From NCBI GenBank assembly GCA_951813565.1, contig OX638351.1, forward strand, positions 4,800,001 to 4,864,000: DNA of 64,000 bases, written 5' to 3'. The DNA comes from an uncultured Poribacteria bacterium (GTDB taxonomy: Bacteria > Poribacteria > WGA-4E > WGA-3G). Shown piece after piece: positions 9,521-19,159 of this stretch; positions within the stretch are counted from its first letter, which is position 1, and each line of letters opens with the position of its first letter. A program made the position numbers and the translations under genes. The notes under the pieces are model-generated. The model worked only from the letters and a program-made list of their open reading frames with translations, was not told where the DNA came from and searched no databases.

Positions 9521-10603
9521 ATGAAGTTCTATAAAATTTGGACAATTTTTTGTTGTTTGCTCATCACACCTGCTCTAATAGTAGGATGTGGAGACGATGT
9601 AGAGGATGTGGATCTCGGTGAATCTTATGATGCTGGTACTATGCTTGATGATTTTGCTAATACAGTGGTGTTAGCAACCTATTCTGATTTAGATAGCAAA
9701 GCAGGTGAATTGTTGGCTGCAGTCAAGGCATTAGAGGCTGATACCACGCAAGCAAATCTTGAAAAAGCACAACAGGCGTGGAAGGCAACGCGAACACCGT
9801 GGGAGCAGAGCGAATCGTTTCTGTTCGGCCCTGTTGATACACAGGGACTTGATCCAGCTTTAGATAGTTGGCCGGTTGATCACGTCAACCTACAATCTGT
9901 TTTAGATAGCGATGATGATCTAACCGTAGATTATGTCAGTGGATTAGAAGATACTCAGAAAGGTTTTCATACCATTGAGTTTCTGTTATTCCGAGATGGC
10001 GATCAGCGCAAGGCATCGGATATAACTGAACGCGAACTTGAATACCTTGTATCGTCAACTGAAAATCTCAAGGCGAGCACTTCTCAACTGAAATTGGCTT
10101 GGGCACCAGAAGGTGAAAATTTCAGCAGGACTGTTGCGTCAGCTGGTGAGGAGGGAAATGCTGTCTATCCTTCACAGAGTTCCGCTGTGCAAGAAATGGT
10201 CAACGGTATGATTACTATTGCCGATGAAGTTGCTAACGGGAAGATATCTGACCCTTACAACGAATCGGACACAACCCTTGTTGAATCCCAATTTAGCTTC
10301 AATTCCATCTCAGATTTCCAAGACAATATCCGAGGAATTCAGAACGTCTACATGGGGAAATTCGTAAATGATGGTCAAGGGTTGAATGAATTTGTTAACC
10401 GTAAAGATGCTGACTTAAATTCCCGTTTCCAAACGGAGATACAGAAGGCGATTGACACCATTGGAGAAATTCCGGATCCCTTCCGCGATTCAATTACTGG
10501 CAGTCGTTCTGCAGTTCAAGCAGCTATTGATGCTGTCAGTAAAGTTCAGTTGACGCTTGAGCAAGATATACTTCCGCTTGTTCAGGGTAGTGAGTTTAAT
10601 TAG
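9521..10603 (+). CDS. Imelysin (peptidase M75)-like iron-regulated lipoprotein
   Basis: Lipobox IVGC; DSWP and GFHTIEFLLF (GxHxxE) motifs. Confidence 0.88.
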   Translation: MKFYKIWTIFCCLLITPALIVGCGDDVEDVDLGESYDAGTMLDDFANTVVLATYSDLDSKAGELLAAVKALEADTTQANLEKAQQAWKATRTPWEQSESFLFGPVDTQGLDPALDSWPVDHVNLQSVLDSDDDLTVDYVSGLEDTQKGFHTIEFLLFRDGDQRKASDITERELEYLVSSTENLKASTSQLKLAWAPEGENFSRTVASAGEEGNAVYPSQSSAVQEMVNGMITIADEVANGKISDPYNESDTTLVESQFSFNSISDFQDNIRGIQNVYMGKFVNDGQGLNEFVNRKDADLNSRFQTEIQKAIDTIGEIPDPFRDSITGSRSAVQAAIDAVSKVQLTLEQDILPLVQGSEFN

Positions 10604-10645
10604 CACAACATAAGCGTGTTTTGTCAGCACGCAAGACTATTTCGT

Positions 10646-10680
10646 TTTTGTTGGAACAGTCACTGACTGTTCCAACAAAA
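10646..10680. repeat. Perfect inverted repeat with 17-bp arms
   Basis: ttttgttggaacagtca-c-tgactgttccaacaaaa between imelysin and DHOR genes. Confidence 0.75.
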
Positions 10681-10692
10681 GTAGCAATAAAT

Positions 10693-12096
10693 ATGAAGTA
10701 TTTTCACACAGTTCTATATCTTACAGTGTTGGTATCTATCCTAATTGGGTGTAACTCCGAACAGCCAACAAATATCTTAAATTCCAATGCCTCTATAGAT
10801 TCCACAGGTGCGCTTTCTGGTGGTGATACAACTATTTTTGACGCATCAAGCCACGCATTTTCTATTCCTGCTCCTAATCTTTCCGCAGCAGCACTTGAAA
10901 AACACTTGGAAGGCGATGTTGAATTTGAAGCAGTATTTGTCACTGCACCGGCTGTGGTGAATCCCGGTTTAGGACCTATCTACAACAACGTTTCATGTAT
11001 CAACTGCCATAGCCGTGATGGCAGAGGTCGCCCGCCAGGTGTCAATGAAGGGCTGGTATCATTGCTCTTAAGACTAAGTCTCCCGAAGAATGATAATATG
11101 GCAGATGGAAAGCCTCCAATTCCCGTGCCAGGCTATGGGAGGCAGTTGAATAACCGCGCAATCGTTGGAACACCCGCAGAAGGCACAGTTAAAATTGAGT
11201 ATTCCGAGCAACCGTTAACAACGGAGGATGGAACGCGCGTGCATCTCCGCTATCCAAATTATACCATTACGAACACTTACCACCCGCTACCTGAAAATGT
11301 AGAGGTATCACCGCGTGTGGCACCAGTTGTCTTTGGACTCGGCTTATTAGAAGCAATTCCTGAAAGTACGATTTTGACTTACGCTGACGAAATTGATGTT
11401 AACGGAGATGGAATCTCTGGCAAACCCAACTATGTGTGGGATGTAGTTAAAAAGCGTTACGCGCTTGGTCGTTTCGGATGGAAAGCGAACCAACCGACAC
11501 TTCTTCAACAGGTCGCTTCTGCCTATCATGATGATATGGGTGTGACGACCTCACTGTTCCTCATAGAAAATTCGGCGGGACAACCACAACTTACCGAAAA
11601 CAGGACAACCCCTGAGGTTAGCGATGAAATTTTAGACGTGGTAACGTTTTACGTGCAAACGTTGGCGGTACCTGCCAGGCGAAATGTGGATGACCCACAG
11701 GTCATGCATGGTGAGCAGCTTTTTGCACAAGCACAATGTGCGAGCTGTCATATTCCAACGTTACGAACTGGCGTTCTGTCGGGCGTTCCTTCAGTCAGCA
11801 ATCAGACTATTCATCCTTACACAGACCTATTGTTGCATGACATGGGACATGGTTTAGCAGATAATCGTCCTGATTTTCACGCAAGCGGAACAGAGTGGCG
11901 GACACCTCCATTGTGGGGTATCGGTTTAGTGAGAACAGTTAATGGACACACCAATTTTCTCCATGATGGCAGGGCGCGCAACCTAATGGAAGCAATTCTC
12001 TGGCACGGTGGGGAAGCAGAAAAATCACGACAAGCCGTTTTGGAGATGTCAAAAGCGGAACGCGATGCACTTATTGCGTTTTTAGAGTCTTTGTGA
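10693..12096 (+). CDS. Di-heme oxidoreductase family (DHOR/DUF1111) lipoprotein
   Basis: Two CxxCH motifs (CINCH, CASCH); GRFGWKA, WRTPPLWG, LHDGRA; lipobox LIGC. Confidence 0.9.
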   Translation: MKYFHTVLYLTVLVSILIGCNSEQPTNILNSNASIDSTGALSGGDTTIFDASSHAFSIPAPNLSAAALEKHLEGDVEFEAVFVTAPAVVNPGLGPIYNNVSCINCHSRDGRGRPPGVNEGLVSLLLRLSLPKNDNMADGKPPIPVPGYGRQLNNRAIVGTPAEGTVKIEYSEQPLTTEDGTRVHLRYPNYTITNTYHPLPENVEVSPRVAPVVFGLGLLEAIPESTILTYADEIDVNGDGISGKPNYVWDVVKKRYALGRFGWKANQPTLLQQVASAYHDDMGVTTSLFLIENSAGQPQLTENRTTPEVSDEILDVVTFYVQTLAVPARRNVDDPQVMHGEQLFAQAQCASCHIPTLRTGVLSGVPSVSNQTIHPYTDLLLHDMGHGLADNRPDFHASGTEWRTPPLWGIGLVRTVNGHTNFLHDGRARNLMEAILWHGGEAEKSRQAVLEMSKAERDALIAFLESL

Positions 12097-12123
12097 GAAA
12101 TCTCATTCTATAAGGAGAAAATA

Positions 12124-12480
12124 ATGATAACAGTAGCAAATCGAATTTATGTTGCACCTGAATATTACGAGGAATTTGAGGAACGATTCCGAAATCGGGC
12201 ACGACTCGTTGATGGAATGCCTGGATTTATCTCTAATCAGGTTTTGCGACCTGTCAATGATGGTGATCCTTACGTGGTATTTACACTCTGGGAATCACGG
12301 AAGGATTTTGAAAACTGGGTTGATTCTGAGGAATTCCGTAAGGGACACGCACAATCTGGCACTATGCCGAAAGAGGCGTTTACACAATCCAACAAACTGG
12401 AATTGCACGAGGTGTTTCTGGATTCTACTCAACCCGACCTAAAGGAAGAACCGCGGGGAGGTCCGTTTAAGGTTCACTAA
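12124..12480 (+). CDS. IsdG/MhuD-like heme-degrading (ABM-domain) monooxygenase
   Basis: N-terminal Asn (ANRI), FEERF, PGF, WES..F..W, His ligand in FRKGH; heme uptake context. Confidence 0.78.
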   Translation: MITVANRIYVAPEYYEEFEERFRNRARLVDGMPGFISNQVLRPVNDGDPYVVFTLWESRKDFENWVDSEEFRKGHAQSGTMPKEAFTQSNKLELHEVFLDSTQPDLKEEPRGGPFKVH

Positions 12481-12702
12481 AAATAAAAGCAGAAAAAGCG
12501 ACGTTAGAACTGGGTATACCCTCAACTGCCAATTGTAAGTTATTACCCAAGTTTCTAATAGAATCAAAAATTGATTGCAAAATGACCGCATTTTCGTTTG
12601 CGGGTTTTTCGCACGCGCGCCTTTTCTGTATCTATTAGGATACGCTACCATCCTTGCAATTGTCAAGTAAATTGTAGGATGACTCAAGCGAAGGAGAACG
12701 TT

Positions 12703-14658
12703 ATGGTTTTCAATTGGAAAAAATGGGTTTTGTCAACACTCATCTTTTGGCTTGCCTCTACAATATCAAGCTACTCCGAAAACGGGAATGAAATATCTAA
12801 AAGCGGCTATCACGTAGAATTAGATCCTGTTGTGGTAACTGCCACAAGGACACCCCACCGTCTAAAAGATACACCTGTTATTACAAATCTGATTACACGT
12901 GCAGAAATTGAAGCAACAGGCGCTGAGAACATCGGAGAAGTGCTGGAGCACAAAGCTGGCATTATTATTCATCGTGATGGGCATGGGGACGGCGTGCAAC
13001 TTCAAGGGCTTGATTCGGAATACGTGCTAATTCTCGTGGATGGTGAACCGCAGGTTGGGCGCATCGCCGGTAAACTTGACATGGCACGAATGGCTGTTGA
13101 AAATGTTGAACGGATAGAAATTGTCAAAGGCGCCACTACCTCCCTTTTCGGTAACGCCGCACTCGCTGGGGTAGTAAATATCATCACTCGCAAAGCTGTG
13201 TCACCTTTCTCTGTTCAAGTTTCTCAAAGCATTGAGCAAAACAACAAGTTTGATAGCAGAGGCACTGTTGGATTGCAACAGGGGAAACTCAACGGGTTAT
13301 TTACGCTCAGTGCAAACCGCCGAAATCCAATTGATTTAGATACATCTGATCTCACAACTACAATTGATGGTTATGCTAATATAACGAGCACAATTCGGAC
13401 AGAATATCTACTTACAACCGCAACAAATCTTGTATTTTCTGGACAATATTTCACGCAGGACCAAGAAGGTATCAGTGAAACCGATTCCATCATATATGAC
13501 CGTCTCGGTGATATTAAAAACTTCAGTGGAAGTATGGGAATAGAACATGAATTTGGCTTTGGCAACCCGCAGCGTGTCTCTCCGACTTTACTGACAGGAA
13601 AAATTTACGCAACCCGATATGACGATGAGTCAACTGTTATTGATAGGGGGACGAAGGCAACATCATCTCAAAATCTCAACATTCAAAACCTCCTCAAGGG
13701 CGAAATTCAGTTTGATACGACTCTTTGGAAAAAACACCGGCTAACGCTCGGTGGTGAGGTGATTCTTGAAAATTTACAATCTCAACGGATTGAAGGTGGG
13801 GAACGCGGTATTTTTACGAATTCTCTCTTTATCCAGAATGAGTTCCGACCTATTTCTACGTTTGCCCTTGTCATTGGTGGGCGTTTAGATAATCACTCCG
13901 AATTTGGAACACATTTCAGTCCAAAGTTGAGTTCCTTATATCGCGTGACAGACGATTTTCGGATTCGTGCTTCTTATGGACAAGGCTTCCGCGCACCAGA
14001 CTTTAAAAACCTTTACCTCAACTTCACAAATGTCACTTCCGGTTACCAAGTCTTGGGCAATCCAAGCCTTCAACCTGAATCCTCACACAACTGGAATCTG
14101 GGAATAGAATATCAGATATTCAACGGTTTGCTTGGTAGAATCCACATGTATCGCAATGACTTGCACAATCTGATAGAAGCAGAACGGATCGGGCAGAGTG
14201 GAGCAGGTGGAAGCAAGTTTGAATATCAGAACATTAGCGAGGCATTTACAGAAGGGATTGATCTGGAAATCATCATTGGTAGTATTGGCGGATTTACTTC
14301 GGGTGTCGGATATGCGTATCTGCGCGGTGCGAATAAAACGACTGGGTTGCCGTTACTGAACCGTTCAACACACAACGGCACACTCAAATTAGTATATTCA
14401 CATCTCAATAGTGGTTTTCAAGTTGATCTGCGTGGAAGATACGCAAGCCAGTGGGGTTTCTTTGACGATGGAGATAAAGTACTTGAACCTCAAGAACTTG
14501 CACCGAGTTATTGGGTATGGAACATCCGTACTGCAAAGACACTCTTCAAATCACTCAAAGCCTCAATTGGATGTAACAATATATTTGATTTCAAAATTCC
14601 AACATTTTACACGTTTGTTGGCCGTTCATTTTATGGCGGCTTGTCTTTGGCATATTAA
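12703..14658 (+). CDS. TonB-dependent receptor (probably heme/iron)
   Basis: VVVTATRT, plug ILVDG / ERIEIVKG, GFRAP and GNPSLQPE motifs; start after AAGGAG. Confidence 0.92.
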   Translation: MVFNWKKWVLSTLIFWLASTISSYSENGNEISKSGYHVELDPVVVTATRTPHRLKDTPVITNLITRAEIEATGAENIGEVLEHKAGIIIHRDGHGDGVQLQGLDSEYVLILVDGEPQVGRIAGKLDMARMAVENVERIEIVKGATTSLFGNAALAGVVNIITRKAVSPFSVQVSQSIEQNNKFDSRGTVGLQQGKLNGLFTLSANRRNPIDLDTSDLTTTIDGYANITSTIRTEYLLTTATNLVFSGQYFTQDQEGISETDSIIYDRLGDIKNFSGSMGIEHEFGFGNPQRVSPTLLTGKIYATRYDDESTVIDRGTKATSSQNLNIQNLLKGEIQFDTTLWKKHRLTLGGEVILENLQSQRIEGGERGIFTNSLFIQNEFRPISTFALVIGGRLDNHSEFGTHFSPKLSSLYRVTDDFRIRASYGQGFRAPDFKNLYLNFTNVTSGYQVLGNPSLQPESSHNWNLGIEYQIFNGLLGRIHMYRNDLHNLIEAERIGQSGAGGSKFEYQNISEAFTEGIDLEIIIGSIGGFTSGVGYAYLRGANKTTGLPLLNRSTHNGTLKLVYSHLNSGFQVDLRGRYASQWGFFDDGDKVLEPQELAPSYWVWNIRTAKTLFKSLKASIGCNNIFDFKIPTFYTFVGRSFYGGLSLAY

Positions 14659-14779
14659 CCATACGGTAGGGACTTCCAAAGAACCTTACCGAGAATTGGG
14701 CAAATCACTAATTGCTAATTATCGAAACCTTGGCAGAATACTGTATGGTATTCTGCACTAAAAACAAAAGGAGTTATCT

Positions 14780-14900
14780 GATGAAAAGGTTCATGTGCTT
14801 ACATAACCTAATTTTTAGCACAATTTTACTTTTCGTCTTAACTTTCAGGATCGCAGTTTTTACTGCGAATGCTGAACTTCACCAGAATACTCACGGTTGA
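14780..14900 (+). pseudogene. Remnant of a secreted-protein gene (signal peptide only)
   Basis: AAGGAG RBS, signal peptide ending ANA-E, stop shortly afterwards. Confidence 0.35.
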
Positions 14901-15020
14901 CACAGCCGTGAGTATTGGACTTATGTTATTCACAGAAGGCAACTACATTGGTAGAACTTAAAAACTAAAACGTATGTAATTCGCAATTTAGCCACGTATG
15001 TGCTAAAAAAAGGAGGGAAC

Positions 15021-15251
15021 ATGGGTTACAAAACCAACTTTTTATCACAGTCCGAAACATGTGCCATCTATCAATGCCTTGATGGTCATATTCACCTTAA
15101 ATACCGATCCTTGGACATTACTATGGATCCTGATGAATTCTATCAGGTTGCTGAAGTTTTTTCTGACGCCTTACGCACGTTACGTAAGGCCGAAGAACCT
15201 GCGAACGATACAATCAACCTTGCAGACTTTGAAGTGCTGCCAAAAGTTTAA
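15021..15251 (+). CDS. Small hypothetical protein with C..C..HxH motif
   Basis: Strong AGGAGG RBS; CAIYQCLDGHIHL; lies between the receptor and hmuY. Confidence 0.65.
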   Translation: MGYKTNFLSQSETCAIYQCLDGHIHLKYRSLDITMDPDEFYQVAEVFSDALRTLRKAEEPANDTINLADFEVLPKV

Positions 15252-15299
15252 TTATTTCATGTTACGCGCCTATGCTGGTGCCTCTAAAAGGAGAAAATC

Positions 15300-15986
15300 A
15301 TGGATAGAATCAAAGAACACCTCAATTGGAATATTGTGATCTGGTTTATGTTATTTCTCGGTGTCTTTATCTTTTTCAGTTGCGTTTCCGTAGATGAAAG
15401 CGAGGTTGAAAAAATACTCGCGGACTCTAATGCTACAGATGAAACGTCAGATCCATCTACGACTACTGATGATCTGGCTTTGATTGACGAACCCGTTGGC
15501 TTGGAAGCACATACATTCACAATTGATGCCACAAACAGAGAGGAGTGGGTTTACTTTTCTTTTCAAACTGGCGGTGTGATTGAAATCGCGGATGCTGAAA
15601 ATTCTGAAGATTGGGATATTGGATTTCAAATAACAAAAGTTAAGCTTAACGGTGGCATCAGCGGACCGGGAATGGGAAGTGTTGTTATGCTTACTGACAC
15701 AACTTTTGAAGATGTAACAGTTGCCCCAGAAGACGGATATCGCGCTGATACAGAAGACACGCTTGCTATCGTTCCGCAGAGTGAAAAAGGATGGTATATC
15801 TATACGGGTCCACCAACACATTGGATTCTACCTTTAGAAGACCGCGTGTTTGTGGTTAAAGGCGCAGATGGAACTTTCGCTAAAATCCGTTTTATAGGAT
15901 ATTACAAAGACAACGAAAACAAGCAGGACAGCGGTTTTGTGACGTTTGAGTATGTCCATCAACCCGACGGAAGTCGTAATTTCTAA
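15300..15986 (+). CDS. hmuY: HmuY family heme-binding lipoprotein
   Basis: Lipobox FFSC; WVYFSF, WDIGF, LNGG.SGPG, GWYIY, FAKIRFIGYY motifs. Confidence 0.85.
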   Translation: MDRIKEHLNWNIVIWFMLFLGVFIFFSCVSVDESEVEKILADSNATDETSDPSTTTDDLALIDEPVGLEAHTFTIDATNREEWVYFSFQTGGVIEIADAENSEDWDIGFQITKVKLNGGISGPGMGSVVMLTDTTFEDVTVAPEDGYRADTEDTLAIVPQSEKGWYIYTGPPTHWILPLEDRVFVVKGADGTFAKIRFIGYYKDNENKQDSGFVTFEYVHQPDGSRNF

Positions 15987-16100
15987 TTTCGGTCAAACAT
16001 TTATATAGTCTTATAGGGTAACTTATAAAGATACCCTTTCAATCGTATATACAGAAGAACTGAACACTGAGTTCATGAAACGTTGGATATGGAATCTATA

Positions 16101-16191
16101 ATACCAAATTACCCTAAATCGTAGGGGCGGGTCTCTGTGCCCGCCCTTACCATCGGCAATGAAAACAATGCAATTCTCGTTAATTTGGTAT
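16101..16191. mobile_element. Small MITE with ATACCAAATT ends containing a GTAG REP
   Basis: ataccaaatta ... taatttggtat with internal gtaggggcgggtctctgtgcccgccc. Confidence 0.6.
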
Positions 16192-16197
16192 AAAACT

Positions 16198-16220
16198 TAT
16201 TTATGCACTATGCATAAATA
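16198..16220. promoter_or_regulatory. Palindromic candidate operator upstream of hmuT
   Basis: tatttatgca-cta-tgcataaata, perfect 10-bp arms. Confidence 0.4.
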
Positions 16221-16282
16221 CGCATCAAATCTCCTTAACCTCAATAGGTTCCATGCCAACTATTCATCTTCAGGAGGGTAAA

Positions 16283-17236
16283 ATGCAAATTATTCGCTCA
16301 AACTTTGGCAAAGCATGGATTTTAAGTGTTTTAATTTTCACTTTGTTTGGTGTAGTTGTATGTTTTGTTGCTGCCAATCCAATTGAGGTCAAAGATACAG
16401 AAGAAAAGACAGTAATGATTACTTCTTCGGAACGTATCGTGAGTCTCAACGGTAGCACAACTGAGATACTGTTCGCGTTAGGTGTAGGTAAGAAGGTTGT
16501 CGGATGTGATGCCTCATCAACATATCCCAAAGATGTAAAGAAAAAGCTGCGAAGTGTTGGGTATCAGTACGGATTAAACGCAGAGGGAATCCTCTCTTTG
16601 AAGCCGACACTGGTAATCGGACGTGACGATGTAAAACCACCACAGGTCGTTGAACAACTCCGCATGGCGGGTGTGACTGTTCTATTGCTTAAAGAGCCTC
16701 GTACTTTTGAAACAGCCAAAAAACGGTTGCTAACTATTGGCAAAGCAGTTGGATGTGAGAAGAAAGCTAAGGAGTTAACAAAAACTTTAGAAACAGACAT
16801 CAAGAAATTGGAAAAGAAACTAAGCTCACGTGAAGGGAAACCAAAACAGAAAGCGTTGTTTTTATATCTGCGGGGCACACAAACCACTTTGGTGTTAGGC
16901 AAGGATACTGCACCGGGAGCAATGTTTGAGATTGTCGGTGCAGAAAACGCTGCAGAGAACATCAAAGGAAACAAACCGATGACTGCTGAAGCAGTAATTG
17001 CTGCACAACCAGATGTGTATGTGCTGTTTACCACAGGGCTGGAATCGGTTGGCGGCGTTGACGGGTTACTCAAATTGCCAGGATTGGCACACACGCCAGC
17101 GGGTAAAAATAAACGTGTCGTGGCTTTAGATGGGCAATATTTATCTGGATTTGGACCCCGTTGTGGGCGCGCCGCGCTTGAGCTTTTCAGAGGCATCTAT
17201 GAAGTTGAAGGCCATTTTATCGCGACAGGTGAATAA
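16283..17236 (+). CDS. hmuT: Heme ABC transporter substrate-binding protein
   Basis: RIVSLNGSTTEILFALG, VGY Tyr ligand, EGILSLKP, GFGPR. Confidence 0.88.
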   Translation: MQIIRSNFGKAWILSVLIFTLFGVVVCFVAANPIEVKDTEEKTVMITSSERIVSLNGSTTEILFALGVGKKVVGCDASSTYPKDVKKKLRSVGYQYGLNAEGILSLKPTLVIGRDDVKPPQVVEQLRMAGVTVLLLKEPRTFETAKKRLLTIGKAVGCEKKAKELTKTLETDIKKLEKKLSSREGKPKQKALFLYLRGTQTTLVLGKDTAPGAMFEIVGAENAAENIKGNKPMTAEAVIAAQPDVYVLFTTGLESVGGVDGLLKLPGLAHTPAGKNKRVVALDGQYLSGFGPRCGRAALELFRGIYEVEGHFIATGE

Positions 17237-17261
17237 TCTTGGCTCCAGCATTTAAGGGAAT

Positions 17262-18257
17262 ATGCAAAAACGGACAAAGATTCTTCTAATCCTCATCGGT
17301 TTACTTCCGGTATCGATTTGTGTAGCGGCAGGGATAGGTGCATATCAAATTCTACCTTGGAATATTCCAAGAGTTCTTCTTTTTCGAGAGGACGGTTTCG
17401 CGGTACTTGTCTATGTTCGTTTTCCGCGTGTTGTCTTGGCGGCACTTGTTGGGGCAATGTTAGCAATATCCGGGACAACCCTTCAAGGCATTTTTCGGAA
17501 TCCATTGGCAGATCCAGGATTAATCGGTGTCACCGCAGGGGCAGGTTTAGGCGCATCGTTATGGATTGTGCTGATTGGTGGCGGTGCATTGGGTATGTGG
17601 GGACTTCCTGTCGCTGCATTTGCATGTGGGATGCTCGTGACTATCGGTGTCTGGAAAATATCGGAGTCACACGGCAAGGTCCAAACAGTAACACTATTGT
17701 TGGCGGGAATTGCTCTCAACAGTCTCGCGGGTGCATGTATTGGGTTAATGACGTTCTTGGCTGACGATGAACAACTGCGTAGTCTAACTTTCTGGTTGCT
17801 TGGTGGTTTTGGTGGTGCAACATGGAATGTTGTCCTTGTAACGCTCCCGATTACAATTGCAGGAATGTTTGTGTTGTTACAACAAGCATCCGCGCTGAAT
17901 GCAATCAGTCTCGGTGAATCTGAAGCATACCACCTCGGCGTACCAACTGAAACTTTGAAAAGATGGTCTGTTTTTGGAGTCGCTCTAACAGTAGGTGCAG
18001 CAGTTTCAGCCGCGGGTGGAATCGGTTTTGTTGGACTCGTCGTTCCGCATCTGTTGAGACTCATGGGCGGTGCAGATCATCGGTATGTATTGCGCGGCTC
18101 AGCATTGGGTGGTGCAATACTGTTGATCTTAGCAGACCTCTTCTCACGAACCGTCGTTGTTCCTGCCGAATTACCGGTCGGTGTGGTTACCGCATTAATC
18201 GGTGGGCCATTCTTTTTGTGGCTTCTCATCAGATTCAAACGCGAGGTTTTTCTATAG
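17262..18257 (+). CDS. hmuU: Heme ABC transporter permease (FecCD family)
   Basis: RFPRV, FRNPLADP, IGFVGLVVPH, ELPVG motifs. Confidence 0.9.
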   Translation: MQKRTKILLILIGLLPVSICVAAGIGAYQILPWNIPRVLLFREDGFAVLVYVRFPRVVLAALVGAMLAISGTTLQGIFRNPLADPGLIGVTAGAGLGASLWIVLIGGGALGMWGLPVAAFACGMLVTIGVWKISESHGKVQTVTLLLAGIALNSLAGACIGLMTFLADDEQLRSLTFWLLGGFGGATWNVVLVTLPITIAGMFVLLQQASALNAISLGESEAYHLGVPTETLKRWSVFGVALTVGAAVSAAGGIGFVGLVVPHLLRLMGGADHRYVLRGSALGGAILLILADLFSRTVVVPAELPVGVVTALIGGPFFLWLLIRFKREVFL

Positions 18258-18282
18258 GTTCACAGGAATGAAGGGTAAATTC

Positions 18283-18447
18283 ATGATTGAATTGGAAGAA
18301 GTTGGTTATCAGATCAACGGAAATTGGTTAGTGCGAGACATCGACCTTACAATTAAGAATGGTATGTTATGGGGATTCGTCGGTCCTAATGGTGCAGGTA
18401 AATCCACACTTCTACGTTTAATTTCAGGTGAACTTATACCACATTAA
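18283..18447 (+). pseudogene. hmuV: Truncated heme ABC ATPase (Walker A only)
   Basis: 54 aa ending GPNGAGKSTLLRLISGELIPH*; the stop codon comes from a MITE end and no continuation is seen. Confidence 0.85.
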
Positions 18448-18841
18448 CTTGATTCATATTTATGGAGCAGTTAGGAAAACGTACCTTATGCGTCAATTTA
18501 AGGATATACCCTCTTGTGGGAGCGAATCAACGCAGCATGCGCGTCCGGCATGCTGCCAAATCAACGCCAAATGCGCTTTTTGGCATTTGTCGGGTTTTCA
18601 ACCCCGATTTTCTTCTGTAGGAGCGACCTCCCGGTCGCGAGCTGGAGCTCGCTCCTACAGAATGTCCGAGGCGACAAGTCATGGCGAATACCACGCGTAT
18701 TCGCCCAAGTGCGCTTGGCGTTGATTTGGCAATGAATTGCGCGACTACAAACGCTTTTTTTCTTAAATTGACAGTTATGGAGCGGTTAGGAAACCGCTCC
18801 TACCGTCCGGAAAATGCGATAAATCCCGTTAATTTGGTATA
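18435..18841. mobile_element. Composite MITE (TATACCAAATTAAC ends) with nested CGTCAATTTAAG-ended MITE (18491-18773), REPs and AATCAAC-hairpin modules
   Basis: tataccacattaac / gttaatttggtata; the right part is the reverse complement of 39177-39260. Confidence 0.7.
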
Positions 18842-19159
18842 AAAACACCGTACCAACCAATAGAAATAGAGTAACACTATTTTTCCAAGTCATTTTGCCC
18901 CTTAAAAAATTGAAGATTAAGAAATTAAGTTTGCCTTATTAACGAGATTTATTCCATTAAGTTTAGGCTGGTTGCAGTCAGGGTTATTTAGTTTTAGGGT
19001 TTTGGCACATTTTCGTCAAAAAGTCGCGAGCTGGATCTCGCTCCTACAAGAAGAGGCTTTTGAGATAAGTCAGAAACTACTGGAAAATTGAATGGCTCTG
19101 GGGTATAATTACAAAAGCATTTGTAAAACGTATTGCGCATTGTGATGCTGGAGAAAAAG

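Noticed and set aside
12480..12702. Cobalamin or other riboswitch upstream of the TonB-dependent receptor
   Set aside because: One imperfect hairpin is present, but I could not recognise conserved riboswitch boxes; an Rfam scan would be needed.
16564..18064. Long antisense ORFs (16564-17196, 17483-18064; similarly 35812-36318, 59195-59815)
   Set aside because: Shadow frames opposite well-supported genes, with no motifs or RBS.
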